From positions 1-58,460 of the IMG/VR virus record IMGVR_UViG_3300034073_002726: 58,460 nt of DNA. One strand, written 5' to 3'. This DNA comes from a virus (taxonomy: Duplodnaviria > Caudoviricetes). The notes beneath the pieces are model-generated. The model made no database searches. It saw nothing but the letters and a program-made list of their open reading frames with translations, and was not told the DNA's origin. Both the position numbers and the translations under genes were made by a program. This document shows positions 12,001 to 17,070 of this stretch, piece by piece (position 1 is the stretch's first letter; every line of letters starts with the position of its first letter).

Positions 12001-13115
12001 TTCTCGGTGGCTCGGATGGCGTCGGCGGCTTCCTTTGCGGGGTTAACGGCTGGGTCTAGCGCTGCCGCCTGACCTTCAAGCGGGCCGGTAATACCACCCA
12101 ACAAACCACCAATCGTGCCTTCCATCAGGCCTTGACCTACCACGCCTTGCATACGTCGCTCTGGCGCCAGCACACCGGCGTCCACCGCCGCATCATTGCC
12201 CGCAAAGCGCTCTTGCGCGCCTTGGCCGCCTTCAGTCGCAAATTCTTTGCCAAAACCCTTGGCCACGGAAGACATCACGCCCGATTGAACGGGCTTCTTG
12301 CCAGCGCCAAGCAAGGTGCGCTCAATCGGCCCGGTGGCAGACGCCACACCACCAAGTACACCACCAAGCACCTGCTGCATCGTGCCTGCGCCGCCATACT
12401 CCTGCGCTTGCGCGGCCAGCGCGCGGGCTTCCTCTTCTGGCATGCCTTGCTGTCTGGCGTTCTCGTAGGTTTGCTCGAACTGGGAGCCCTTGACCGCGCC
12501 AACACCCTGCACGGCGCCCAGGCCAATGTTGGTTTTAAAACCAAACTTTGCGGCTTCCTCGACCGCTTGCTTGGCGGCACCGGATGCTAAAAACACATCC
12601 TTGCTCACGCCTGCCGCTTTGGCCGCCTGTGCCAGCTTGAGGGCCTGAGCCACTTTGCCCACACCCAAGGTGGCGAACGATCCCACCCCTTGTGCGATCA
12701 TCTCGGCCGGCTGATCCCACAACATCCCCAGATAGGCCTGCGCCTCATCTAGTTTGCTGCCCGACGCTTCCGCCTCTTTGATGCGGGCCATGCTGGCTTG
12801 CGTCGCGGCCTGAGACTGTGCGCTTTTTTGTGCGAACAAGAACTTTGACGCATCATCCAGCCCACCCGATACAGGGTTGTCCGCGCCCAAAAAGTCGCTG
12901 ATGGACTTGAACGAGCCCAAAGCCCCCTGCCCCAGCGACAAACCCACATCGCCAATGCGGCGGGCTACGCTGGGTTTTTCGGCTGCAACAGGCGCCGCAG
13001 CAGAGGCCGCCACTGGCGCATCAGCAATCCCGGCCCACTCAAAATCGGCAGGATCGGCATCTACCCAACGGGCTTTTTTCTGAGCGATCTGTCCTACTTT
13101 GGGTTTGGTTGCCAT
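1..13115 (-). CDS. Giant polyvalent (DarB-like) internal virion/ejected protein, >4370 aa, 3' end beyond window
   Basis: ATG at 13115 (MATKPKVGQIAQKK) with AGGA SD. The frame is still open at position 1 (...EIQRFNQK) and is absent from the ORF track, consistent with no stop codon. Motifs: ddrB/ParB-like (QNRDR...NNGRTAG, ~9400-10600), SF2 helicase (NGTGTGKT ~7230, VADESH ~6980, QQEGRIYR ~5690), N6-MTase (LEPSAGHG ~5265, NPPF ~5080), metallopeptidase (FHEALGHHGLR ~3880), GNAT-like (~2900-3200), YFPLARFG (~1930). Confidence 0.9.
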   Translation of the reverse strand, partial: MATKPKVGQIAQKKARWVDADPADFEWAGIADAPVAASAAAPVAAEKPSVARRIGDVGLSLGQGALGSFKSISDFLGADNPVSGGLDDASKFLFAQKSAQSQAATQASMARIKEAEASGSKLDEAQAYLGMLWDQPAEMIAQGVGSFATLGVGKVAQALKLAQAAKAAGVSKDVFLASGAAKQAVEEAAKFGFKTNIGLGAVQGVGAVKGSQFEQTYENARQQGMPEEEARALAAQAQEYGGAGTMQQVLGGVLGGVASATGPIERTLLGAGKKPVQSGVMSSVAKGFGKEFATEGGQGAQERFAGNDAAVDAGVLAPERRMQGVVGQGLMEGTIGGLLGGITGPLEGQAAALDPAVNPAKEAADAIRATEKLPESGALTKAVNAGVEAKAQAVEAGAPLVDEQAAAEPVPEPVDDPVRDQILALPDGARQDALRAYAVLNRPDAAKGVLQLNRKLLDRLLAENAPPPVLGERLTDTDMGSMLGGGGMAGRADPLAGALGMNNEAQAAAITNVANVAERRPPMPASDAARMLDEARNRGLDLAVAEHPAGGFVLVPPNWVTPDMAAQGEARLNETIARMQQADAAPVERAPRTRTDGVGLDLQTDPVQNYLDNLRGVNTPAARAYVRDFDAGRITPADVQQRMQAEKGLTPEQRLARAASEAPAQTDPVADRLRQAVSQRATPAPTDILNPAGEPFKTRMAADRAAKKTPGAVVPVAGGFVVRPQEPVNVQDVPQAPQVPQAAPAISQPGQAPQAVGAQPAGPAAGVPAAGAGAVEAAGVEAAQAGPVAQSAPADFWSFAKSKGFTPGQIKVGTPEHAALKAEYDSLKGGAAPVLPPLEAPQDVNMQNRDRGRAASVVQMSDIARNPDYMRLGPSRTPDSGAPMVFAVGDDLKDIAPDAYGREDVAVMSDGQRVPFRYAVVDATKVNPSNFADGRRNELFDSTVPGTLKALNNGRTAGIRGAHELGTAGEYVQAMQADTPMHGISPDIIARTPNAALVRVYSDSDNTAGMAAKSQGQGLGMSPAELARQDAPLMDSSVLAVYQPGEVTSAANRDFVRAFIGKLQGAGQDVAGMMTADGQLSQDGRKRIQAALMQAAYGDSDIVEEMFDSTDTDIKAIGEALKTVAGQWANMRDSARLNAINPQTDITDNLLQAIGLIRKARRDGMSLYDLVNQPDLMTGETPAEMTVGMLRLFYSGQYLTRAIGKEKLTQHLADYVQGAMTTSADAGMFGDVVTAGDILATIVNRLNEGQGNAEAQPQEGRGQPAGSVDTGRGPGEGQPGIGGQAAGEGGPGSNQDRGGQPGQNAQAQAQQQDGQGNPGGQEGNGAQAAAAPGGQRGEPEAQAAGVKAEKPKKAAKPKTAKDSKTKAEKPAATPSDAAQQLERDFRTFPTQILNNLLERGEAAKLYKAASVKGSSAFDGLAMDEKAAAYVKYVEQGGKPVEGLPKDYNAWAASQERDAVVRRLRSDRVVRQENGKPFKSKISAQQFQERYDLTGTHEVVQAAGGFELRQLSIAAQAELKRKAEGRENYTEAQAAVAAEMGIGVNEDGEWDVTDAQFDELERRTAARLKGEKAAPPTEPEPLLTAQTPEEIVARQDAAEAAKREQEAADRKAREQERQAEERKRIAQASERAADNFELGQDALDSLTGQTNIFDMPAEAPAPAPAPAVSANTVFTEDAAAKARERLKKKLGRLNSGIDPEMMIDGITLAGYHIEKGARTFAAYASAMLADLGDGVRPYLKSWYMGVKYDPRAASLDGMDSAAAVESADVDAITAQENQDAAGANGSVEPDRGDAAAEPAMGDAVPADARGATRPAGQAGGQATGEGRGRQPRGAGVPTGGPAAGGNRGDFLLPGGNAAADAANVSAGSDFSERGSDIGVDGVSIDPIPAAQVDAVAQTGNDKLSKLERQRAAEKVPVKPGDLDNIKATLPYLLAGQQEDVKKAEDRFAVPDGYGMLFTNGTGTGKTFTGLGVVKRMQRQGKTNTLIVVPDDKIAADWVESGEPLGLKITKLKDTQDAGKGIVITTYANLGENDALARRQWDLVVADESHTLMQSADGKVTTYLANLRAITHHPDGASQRHTMLNRDDLNRQRDLTARIEGNNKILNNLDTMDAMMESVRQENAKLQREADALAAKLREAREAVQAEVDGMQGAKRARLLALSATPFAYEFTVDWANGYLFDYNEGQPSDKTESRGYNQGDNRERFFMQHFGYSMRYNKLTKPDPAKVDTGLLQRNFNGWLRKKGSLSARMLDVPADYDRRFVLVDSGIGNQIDEALNWVSEMAREDANKNGYSALRDVISKKFDFLSRRYLLEAIKATEVIPIVRQHLGLGRKVVVFHDYKKGGGFNPFDIEVPRTLPEDFPEERKADFEAYKEALTEFRSRFKRLVNAPLSDLDSPIEVFKRELPDTMLVNGDEKKADLLERYKRFQDDASGPQVMLVQSAKNKGWSGHDTTGKHQRVLINLGQPTAPTLAIQQEGRIYRTGQVSDAIMRYLNTGTNWEKWTFATTIAGRASTAENLGMGEQARALKDSFISAFEESDTYPPGHEGEGKGGKERDQMANAAITAYDRAKTYYWATQKKNSKTKAQEGVDYFATPEPVGFKMAEWLGLRGGESSLEPSAGHGAIARWLPEISNRTVIEPSTTLRARLAMAMDASKDRIIDGTFEDHNIVNKYDGIAMNPPFGVGGKTAIEHLAKAVKHLRDGGRIAALIPTGPAADKRFDQWMYGETERLSKPIYKHPTLGEIHRGDTVTVEFMGRAIDVVADRVDRAASGDFLRAPGEDRFAGKPLTLAKSIKPGPRVEKFRPADGVYMVAEIKLPQVTFERAGTAVVTRIVILEKQSNKDKAPNARPAIDLSDTKDIGQLFDEIEDISMPPRAMSAEQEAAAQAEREQAEREAKKAERAQAKVEGKPTAPKAPKAANPDAVGTVDRNGAEIITHTTGKGKVLTGIVRTDLLKDEAQKIDPFTFRKDGGWFIREVYLKPEGDSPMMSRGAPGAMNETTVRQVADTIAARWAQAPTIIVVPNMQDMRVPEAARLEDARQRAGGATGSPRGFYYRGQVYLVADGLTSVRDAAETLFHEALGHHGLRAMFGKDLDGILDQIAMARPDLMKPKAEEYGKDLKVQKQRREVAEEVLAELSQVRPDIGFVKRAIAVIRTWLRENVPYFNNLKLTDAEIVNNYIIPARGFVERGRAATVAAPEVQGGFEPAFSLGEDAGKKALAEFAKADELFALPKSGKDTVAGIAADIDSKIAVRVTRLPGETMYTLNHPDFGVARITERTGNPYGPSLYGYNQVDGEITDQITERPGENPEDVDPRTGDVWLDVSLLKPGQGGEKVYAIATNYAHNTGKIFIGDPAGLSTIALRRRLEQMLSSALKFGTTAHLAPHPDQVRGGDGVPPLRWVYGDDVGNVERMIAASVKALDNAMPTSKLIAYDPDRGFYRTDTGRSLARGQLAFVLKRSASEYRLAHGAGAAGQAGWRTIARAALFRHLQTTPIDGARQLPERGSLLARAGEDVSRLGRGRDGGEAFGADERIFYSRTAGSVDDGPGARIGAAIKSITVSNVKQRAGFKLTDYLGIGLQALGRRQIVDIYGDLVPLAEYNRLVQQMEADKNEGGAEADQLVTRWSKLQDESKLADLMHDATLAQIDPAEDLVDGDDKGKYLELRRKYNLLSDDAKKVYADTRDSYKSHHAKVRSAIKERIERSEIKGERKAALLKQMDDEFFKAVKGVYFPLARFGQYAVTVKGPDGKVESVSRAETKAEAEALRNNLLSAFPRDKGFTVGRVMLSKDFIADRDAVGRGFMTELYQVLDKQDMDAAQRAELEDTLGQLYLSSLPDLSWAKHGIHRKGTPGFSQDARRAFAQNMFHGARYLAKLRYSDLMQDELAAMQRHVDDWREVEDFDQNSAQRVVDEMNKRHESLMNPKSNPVSTALTSLGFVFHLGLSPASAMVNLSQTALVAYPIMGAKWGYGKASAALLKASAEAAKGKNDITASLNADELAAYNEAVRAGTIDVTMAHDLAGIAQGEDMGVMWKIRPVMRWASFLFHHAERFNRQVTFVAAYRLAREAGADHKAAFEQATKATYDGHFDYGAANRPRFMQGNVAKVLLLFKQYGQNMVYTLARNAQQAIKGESPEVRAQARKALGGLLATHAAAAGVLGLPMVTTLLAAASMIGGDDDEPWDAKVALQNMLADTLGQKPAEVLAHGLSRLTPWDISGRVGLDRLIFPDVQEGLEGQRLGEAAMAAALGPVAGIGINVLKGLQDMSQGQYARGLEAMMPAALRGPIKAIRYESEGVQDKTGVVIQDEVSLAGVAGQFLGFSPSEVRNATEGKSAIYQQDRALGERRQELLAKAARATMAKDAEARAEAMQEIQRFNQK
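2498..2830 (-). CDS. Putative overprinted (+1 frame) 110-aa protein nested in giant gene
   Basis: MTPTEASTEPTPDVLWLADNWL...; protein-like composition; upstream TTGCGG-N17-GATAAT promoter-like element; no clear SD. Confidence 0.5.
   Translation of the reverse strand: MTPTEASTEPTPDVLWLADNWLSFSSDPPPSIAWLMEQEQRDKRVGELLREQHYSDTSKPHPLMARGNYPNEEAFWLGQARMYPGLVVAEMEARRLARMSASSTAALQAA
7409..7783 (-). CDS. Putative overprinted (+1 frame) 124-aa helical protein nested in giant gene
   Basis: AGGAG SD (7791-7795) 7 nt before ATG; MQQVPMAVWNQIAAMQPL... looks globular while the host frame is a low-complexity linker. Confidence 0.65.
   Translation of the reverse strand: MQQVPMAVWNQIAAMQPLSQPWATLFRLTPEELPAQLDKLVDKPLEKAGADNRVVLAYRLVAPLLVETEAISSYLEETQQPMLRMSLPEVTSVNEAVTLASMEYPLTPFQQRKLTQLLKQAMTS
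9077..9361 (-). CDS. Putative overprinted (+1 frame) 94-aa basic protein nested in giant gene
   Basis: AAGGA SD 7 nt before ATG and TGcGACAAT extended -10-like element at ~9391-9399; MQKLNPKKAEDNPLAASILGAVL...; host frame is a G/Q/A-rich linker. Confidence 0.6.
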   Translation of the reverse strand: MQKLNPKKAEDNPLAASILGAVLVKASRESGDKQQEKAGLDLIKIAEANPDKMPRLKPNSKMAKAIQAAKKVMAPKQPLPQEDSAANLKHKPQV

Positions 13116-13157
13116 GGGTCGTGTCCTGCGTTGCGCCCGCGCCGGGCCGTAACGGTC

Positions 13158-13187
13158 ACTGTCGCCTGGCTTTCCTCGGAGTCAACG
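13158..13187 (-). promoter_or_regulatory. Phage late promoter motif copy (giant gene)
   Basis: CGTTGACTCCG; TTGACT-N16-GACAGT. Confidence 0.75.
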
Positions 13188-13202
13188 CCAGCGGCGCCAC
13201 TG

Positions 13203-13232
13203 AAAAAACAAAACCCGCCGAAGCGGGTTGTG
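13203..13232 (-). terminator. Rho-independent terminator
   Basis: AACCCGC-TTCG-GCGGGTT followed by a T-run on the minus strand. Confidence 0.8.
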
Positions 13233-13304
13233 ATTTGGTGGGTGTAATTGGGCGCCGTCAACGCACCAGGGCCGACTGGTGGGCGCGCAGCTTCTCCACA
13301 CAGG

Positions 13305-15074
13305 TCAACGGCCAAAAACAATACGGCGAATTTCTGCCTTTTGGGCGGTCGGTAGCGAGTCAAAACCCGGCATGTCCTGCACGGCTTGGGCGGCCGATGG
13401 GTCTTTGCTGGCAAGAGCGTCTGACGCCGCTTTGGTGACGGCTGCAATTTTCTGCATTTGTTGCTGTTGCGCAGCCTTCTGTGCAGCTTCGCGTGCGGCC
13501 TTCGCCTTACCAGCCGGGCTGTCTGCGGGCGGAACATATGGAGCAGGAGCGGGCTTTGGACTTGGATTTACCGTATCTGTCTTGCCGCCTGTTGCAGCAT
13601 CTTGCTTGCTTGCGGGCGCTTCCTGCTTCTGCGCCGCAGCCGTCGATACATCCACAATGACCTTGGCTCCGTTGACCACCACGTACTTGAAGGCCATACC
13701 AGATTCCGTATCCACCTGAGTGCGAATACTCTTTGGCGATACTTCAGCCTGCACCATGGCAGCGCGCAACTGGGGCGCGGTCAGCACATTGCCAAACTGC
13801 GCGTTGGTGGAAAACAGGGTGTCCGCCTTGGCCAGCGCCTGTGTGTTGCTGGCCTGGATTTTTTCGGCCTCTTGCGGCGTCGCGGCCGTATCGGCGCTGG
13901 GGAGCAGCTTGCCAAAATCCCCCAGCACCTCGCGCCGCTCCTTCCACCCAGCCGCACCAGCACCCGAGGCTCCACCGGAACCGGAGCCGCCGCCACCATT
14001 TGCCCGCGCTTCCAACGCCCCAAGGCGCCGCTCGGCAATATCCGCATTGCGCTCGGCCACAGCAGTCTTGCGAGCGTCAATGTTGTTCTTGAATTCGTTT
14101 TGGCTCCAGCTATACAGAGCCATCGGGTCATTGAACGAATTGAGCACAGACAAAAGCTGCCCAGTGTCCTTCATGGTGTAGACGGGCAAGGCTCGCCCGT
14201 CCAGACTCTCACGCTGGATCACCAGTTCACCACCAGCCCCGCGCTTCACATCGGTAACACGCGCCCCATCGGGCACGAACTCGTTGTAAAACTCCTTGAC
14301 GGCATCCAGGTCGCCAGAGGCCAACGCAGCCGCAGTCCGCCCCAGCGCCTCTTTGCGCTGCGCCCCCTGCAGTTGAATCTTCACCAGCGACTGCGCAGCG
14401 TAGTCCTTCAGCACCTGCCCGGCCTGGTCAATCTTCCCGGCGCCCATCAGTTGGGCTGCCCGGTACTGGCTGGCAGCCAAGTGGTCATCCACAGTAGGTG
14501 CGCGCTCGGTGCCATCAGGGTTCTTCAATCGCCCCTTGAACCAGTCGCCCACCTGCGCGTCGAGCTTCTCTGCAAACGCCTTATCGTTTTCGGCTTCTGT
14601 CGCGGTTGCATTCTCCCGTTCCCAGCGCTTGTCATCGCGCTCGCCCTGCTTCACCTCACGCTGCAGGCGCATGCCTTGGATGGGGTCATATTTCGAGACA
14701 ACATCGGCCATGGCCTTGAACTTGGCACTGCTCACTTGTTCTGGGGTCATCGTGCCAGGCGTGCGCTTGCCAAGAAGCTCGGTCATGGGCACAGCCGTGG
14801 CAATCTGTTTTGGCTGGGCTGGGCCCATCTCATTTTCGCCAAGTTTTGGCGTGGCCATGTACGCCTTGGCTCCTGTGTCGTAGCCGATCTGTTGCGTCGG
14901 GTCTGCGGCCGCTGCCTGCACCTTGGCGCTTGCATCGTCGCTCAAAAAGTCTGCGTTCACCGGCTGGGCTTTGGAGATTTCATCCAGCTCACGGCGTTGC
15001 CGTGCGTCCCGGTAGGTTTCTATCAAGCCCTGCGCGAACTTCTGGCCCGCTAAAAACTGTTCCGCAAAGCTCAT
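13305..15074 (-). CDS. Internal virion/ejection protein
   Basis: 589-aa helical A/Q-rich ORF, ATGA-coupled to the upstream gene, in the podovirus ejection-protein position. Confidence 0.7.
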   Translation of the reverse strand: MSFAEQFLAGQKFAQGLIETYRDARQRRELDEISKAQPVNADFLSDDASAKVQAAAADPTQQIGYDTGAKAYMATPKLGENEMGPAQPKQIATAVPMTELLGKRTPGTMTPEQVSSAKFKAMADVVSKYDPIQGMRLQREVKQGERDDKRWERENATATEAENDKAFAEKLDAQVGDWFKGRLKNPDGTERAPTVDDHLAASQYRAAQLMGAGKIDQAGQVLKDYAAQSLVKIQLQGAQRKEALGRTAAALASGDLDAVKEFYNEFVPDGARVTDVKRGAGGELVIQRESLDGRALPVYTMKDTGQLLSVLNSFNDPMALYSWSQNEFKNNIDARKTAVAERNADIAERRLGALEARANGGGGSGSGGASGAGAAGWKERREVLGDFGKLLPSADTAATPQEAEKIQASNTQALAKADTLFSTNAQFGNVLTAPQLRAAMVQAEVSPKSIRTQVDTESGMAFKYVVVNGAKVIVDVSTAAAQKQEAPASKQDAATGGKTDTVNPSPKPAPAPYVPPADSPAGKAKAAREAAQKAAQQQQMQKIAAVTKAASDALASKDPSAAQAVQDMPGFDSLPTAQKAEIRRIVFGR

Positions 15075-16171
15075 GGCGTTTCTCCAACTTGTGTCACTTC
15101 GATACCCAGGGCGCCATAGTCCACAGACATGAAGCCTTCCTCATTGGTGTGCACCGCCGATGGCATCACCTGCAGCACCTCGTCAGCCATCACACCACGC
15201 CAGCGCTCGTGCGGTGCGTCCTTGTAGGCAAACTCGTAGAGGCTCAAGCCGGTGCGCTCGTCGCGGCCCACCAACTCGATGTTTTGTTTCAGGCGGCGGT
15301 CGGAATACTTGCCAATTGCCGCCGCACCAAGCTGCGCACCAGCACCCAGCAGGGCGCCCATTGGGTTGCTCGAAGCCGCAATCTGGTCTTGTTGGTTCTT
15401 GTAGCTGGCCTGCGCTCCGAACATATTGGTGGCGTTCTGCCCCATCTGCCCCGCCATCGTCCCGGCTGCGCCGAACCCGCTGTTCATCCCAGCCAGCCCC
15501 TGGTTGGAAAGATTGATGCCCGAAGCGCCGAACCCAGCGCCAGCCCCGGTGGCCTGCATGCCCATGGCTGGATAGCCAGAAAGCGCATTCGTGGCGCGGT
15601 CGGTCAGCGCGTAACCCTCCGTGCGTGCGCGGTCCCGTGCGCCAGTTCCAGCGGCGGCCAGTGCGGTCGCCTTGGCAATCGCGGTCTGGTTTCCCATTGC
15701 CAGCGCCTTGCCGCTGGAAGGGTTCACGCCCATGCGAGCGAGTGCGCGGCTCTGCTGCCCCTCGGCATTGGCGAACCCCTGATTGACATCGGCCATGGCC
15801 TTGCCAGCCAGCTCGTTGGCCTTGTCCTCGGTGTTGAAGGAGCGCGCATCTTGTGTCAGCGTGTCCTGCATGGTGGTCAGCGCCCCGCGCCGGTCCAGCA
15901 TCCAAGTGCGATCCTCCTGCGACTGGTCGTAGGCCGTGCGCGAGCTGTCCAGACCGAACTGCAACTGCTCCTTTTGCAGGGGCAGCATGTCCTCGGACTG
16001 CTGCATGATGCGCTTGATAACGTCATCCTGAATGCCCATGGAGCGGATTTGCGCCTCAATCAGCCGCGGATCTGGGGGTGGCGCGGAGTTGCCCTTGCCG
16101 CCATACAGCCGCATACCCCCGCCTGGCCTGGGCTCAAAAGCGCCCAGTGGCAACATCAAGTGTTCATACAT
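15071..16171 (-). CDS. Ejection (pilot-like) protein with C-terminal peptidase S74/intramolecular chaperone domain
   Basis: G/A/Q/M-rich body; C-terminal SDRRLKQNI...GVMADEV...VDYGAL. Confidence 0.75.
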   Translation of the reverse strand: MYEHLMLPLGAFEPRPGGGMRLYGGKGNSAPPPDPRLIEAQIRSMGIQDDVIKRIMQQSEDMLPLQKEQLQFGLDSSRTAYDQSQEDRTWMLDRRGALTTMQDTLTQDARSFNTEDKANELAGKAMADVNQGFANAEGQQSRALARMGVNPSSGKALAMGNQTAIAKATALAAAGTGARDRARTEGYALTDRATNALSGYPAMGMQATGAGAGFGASGINLSNQGLAGMNSGFGAAGTMAGQMGQNATNMFGAQASYKNQQDQIAASSNPMGALLGAGAQLGAAAIGKYSDRRLKQNIELVGRDERTGLSLYEFAYKDAPHERWRGVMADEVLQVMPSAVHTNEEGFMSVDYGALGIEVTQVGETP

Positions 16172-16586
16172 ACCGGCAGTCCTTTCGCCACATCACGTAA
16201 ATCAGCACGTCGCCGCCATCCGGCGCCGCGCCTTTCAAAGTCGCCTCCACCTGGTAGCCAAAGTGCTCATTCAGCCGCCGCGCTGCCAGGTTGGAAGAAT
16301 TCACATAGCCGCTCAGGCGCTGCACCCCGCACACCAGGAATGGGTACGCGAAACCGGCACGCAAGAAATCGCGCGTCATCCAGTGCTGCCCAGGCACGCC
16401 AGCCAGGTGCACCCATATGTTCTGCCCATTGAATCCCTCGTACACGGCAGCCGCTACCAGCTCGCCGTGCTTACGCAGCCCGATACAGCGCATGCCATCG
16501 GAGCGGGCAAGGCCTGGTATCAGGGACTGCACAAAGGGCAGCACCTGGTCCAGGTCGTAATCAAAGGACTGGGATGGAACGAGCAC
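16164..16586 (-). CDS. GNAT-fold acetyltransferase (virion module)
   Basis: GELVAAAVYEGF...SNLAARRLNEHFGYQVEATL; GTG start with GAGGG SD (TTG at 16598 is an alternative). Confidence 0.8.
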   Translation of the reverse strand: MLVPSQSFDYDLDQVLPFVQSLIPGLARSDGMRCIGLRKHGELVAAAVYEGFNGQNIWVHLAGVPGQHWMTRDFLRAGFAYPFLVCGVQRLSGYVNSSNLAARRLNEHFGYQVEATLKGAAPDGGDVLIYVMWRKDCRYV

Positions 16587-16623
16587 AGGAACCCTCAAAG
16601 TGGCCCGGCTGGGCCTTCGGGTT

Positions 16624-16653
16624 ACTGTGTCCGAGGAATGCTCGGAGTCAACG
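16624..16653 (-). promoter_or_regulatory. Phage late promoter motif copy (GNAT/ejection operon)
   Basis: CGTTGACTCCG; TTGACT-N16-CACAGT. Confidence 0.75.
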
Positions 16654-17070
16654 TCAGCCAGGCGCCACCGGCCACACGATGTTGAACGGGTCGGACTGCA
16701 GCGTCACATCCCGCAGGGCCTGCCGGTAGATGGCCCACGTCTCTTTGGTTGCTAACGGCACGTCTGGTAGCTGTGTCCAGTCCGATGCGGAGAGCAGAGC
16801 GTTGCGCTGGGAGCGCACCACGGGCCACTGGGTTTGCTCGGTGCGGGGGTCAACCCACTGTTTGGTGGTGTAGTCGAAGATGTGGTGCGCAGAAGGGGGT
16901 GGTGGCTTCAAGATGAATACCTCGCCGTCCCAGTAACTCGGCGCGTTGGGAGGAAGTACCCCTATCAAGCGCAGACACCCTTGTGGCGGCTCAGGCAATA
17001 CCTCCGCTTTTCCATGGCGCACGACTTCGCCATCTGAGGTAACTACGGTGTATTCTCTAATTTCGGTCAT
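16654..17070 (-). CDS. Tail fibre assembly chaperone
   Basis: RNALLSASDWTQLPDVP...WAIYRQALRD...WPVAP motif. Confidence 0.9.
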   Translation of the reverse strand: MTEIREYTVVTSDGEVVRHGKAEVLPEPPQGCLRLIGVLPPNAPSYWDGEVFILKPPPPSAHHIFDYTTKQWVDPRTEQTQWPVVRSQRNALLSASDWTQLPDVPLATKETWAIYRQALRDVTLQSDPFNIVWPVAPG

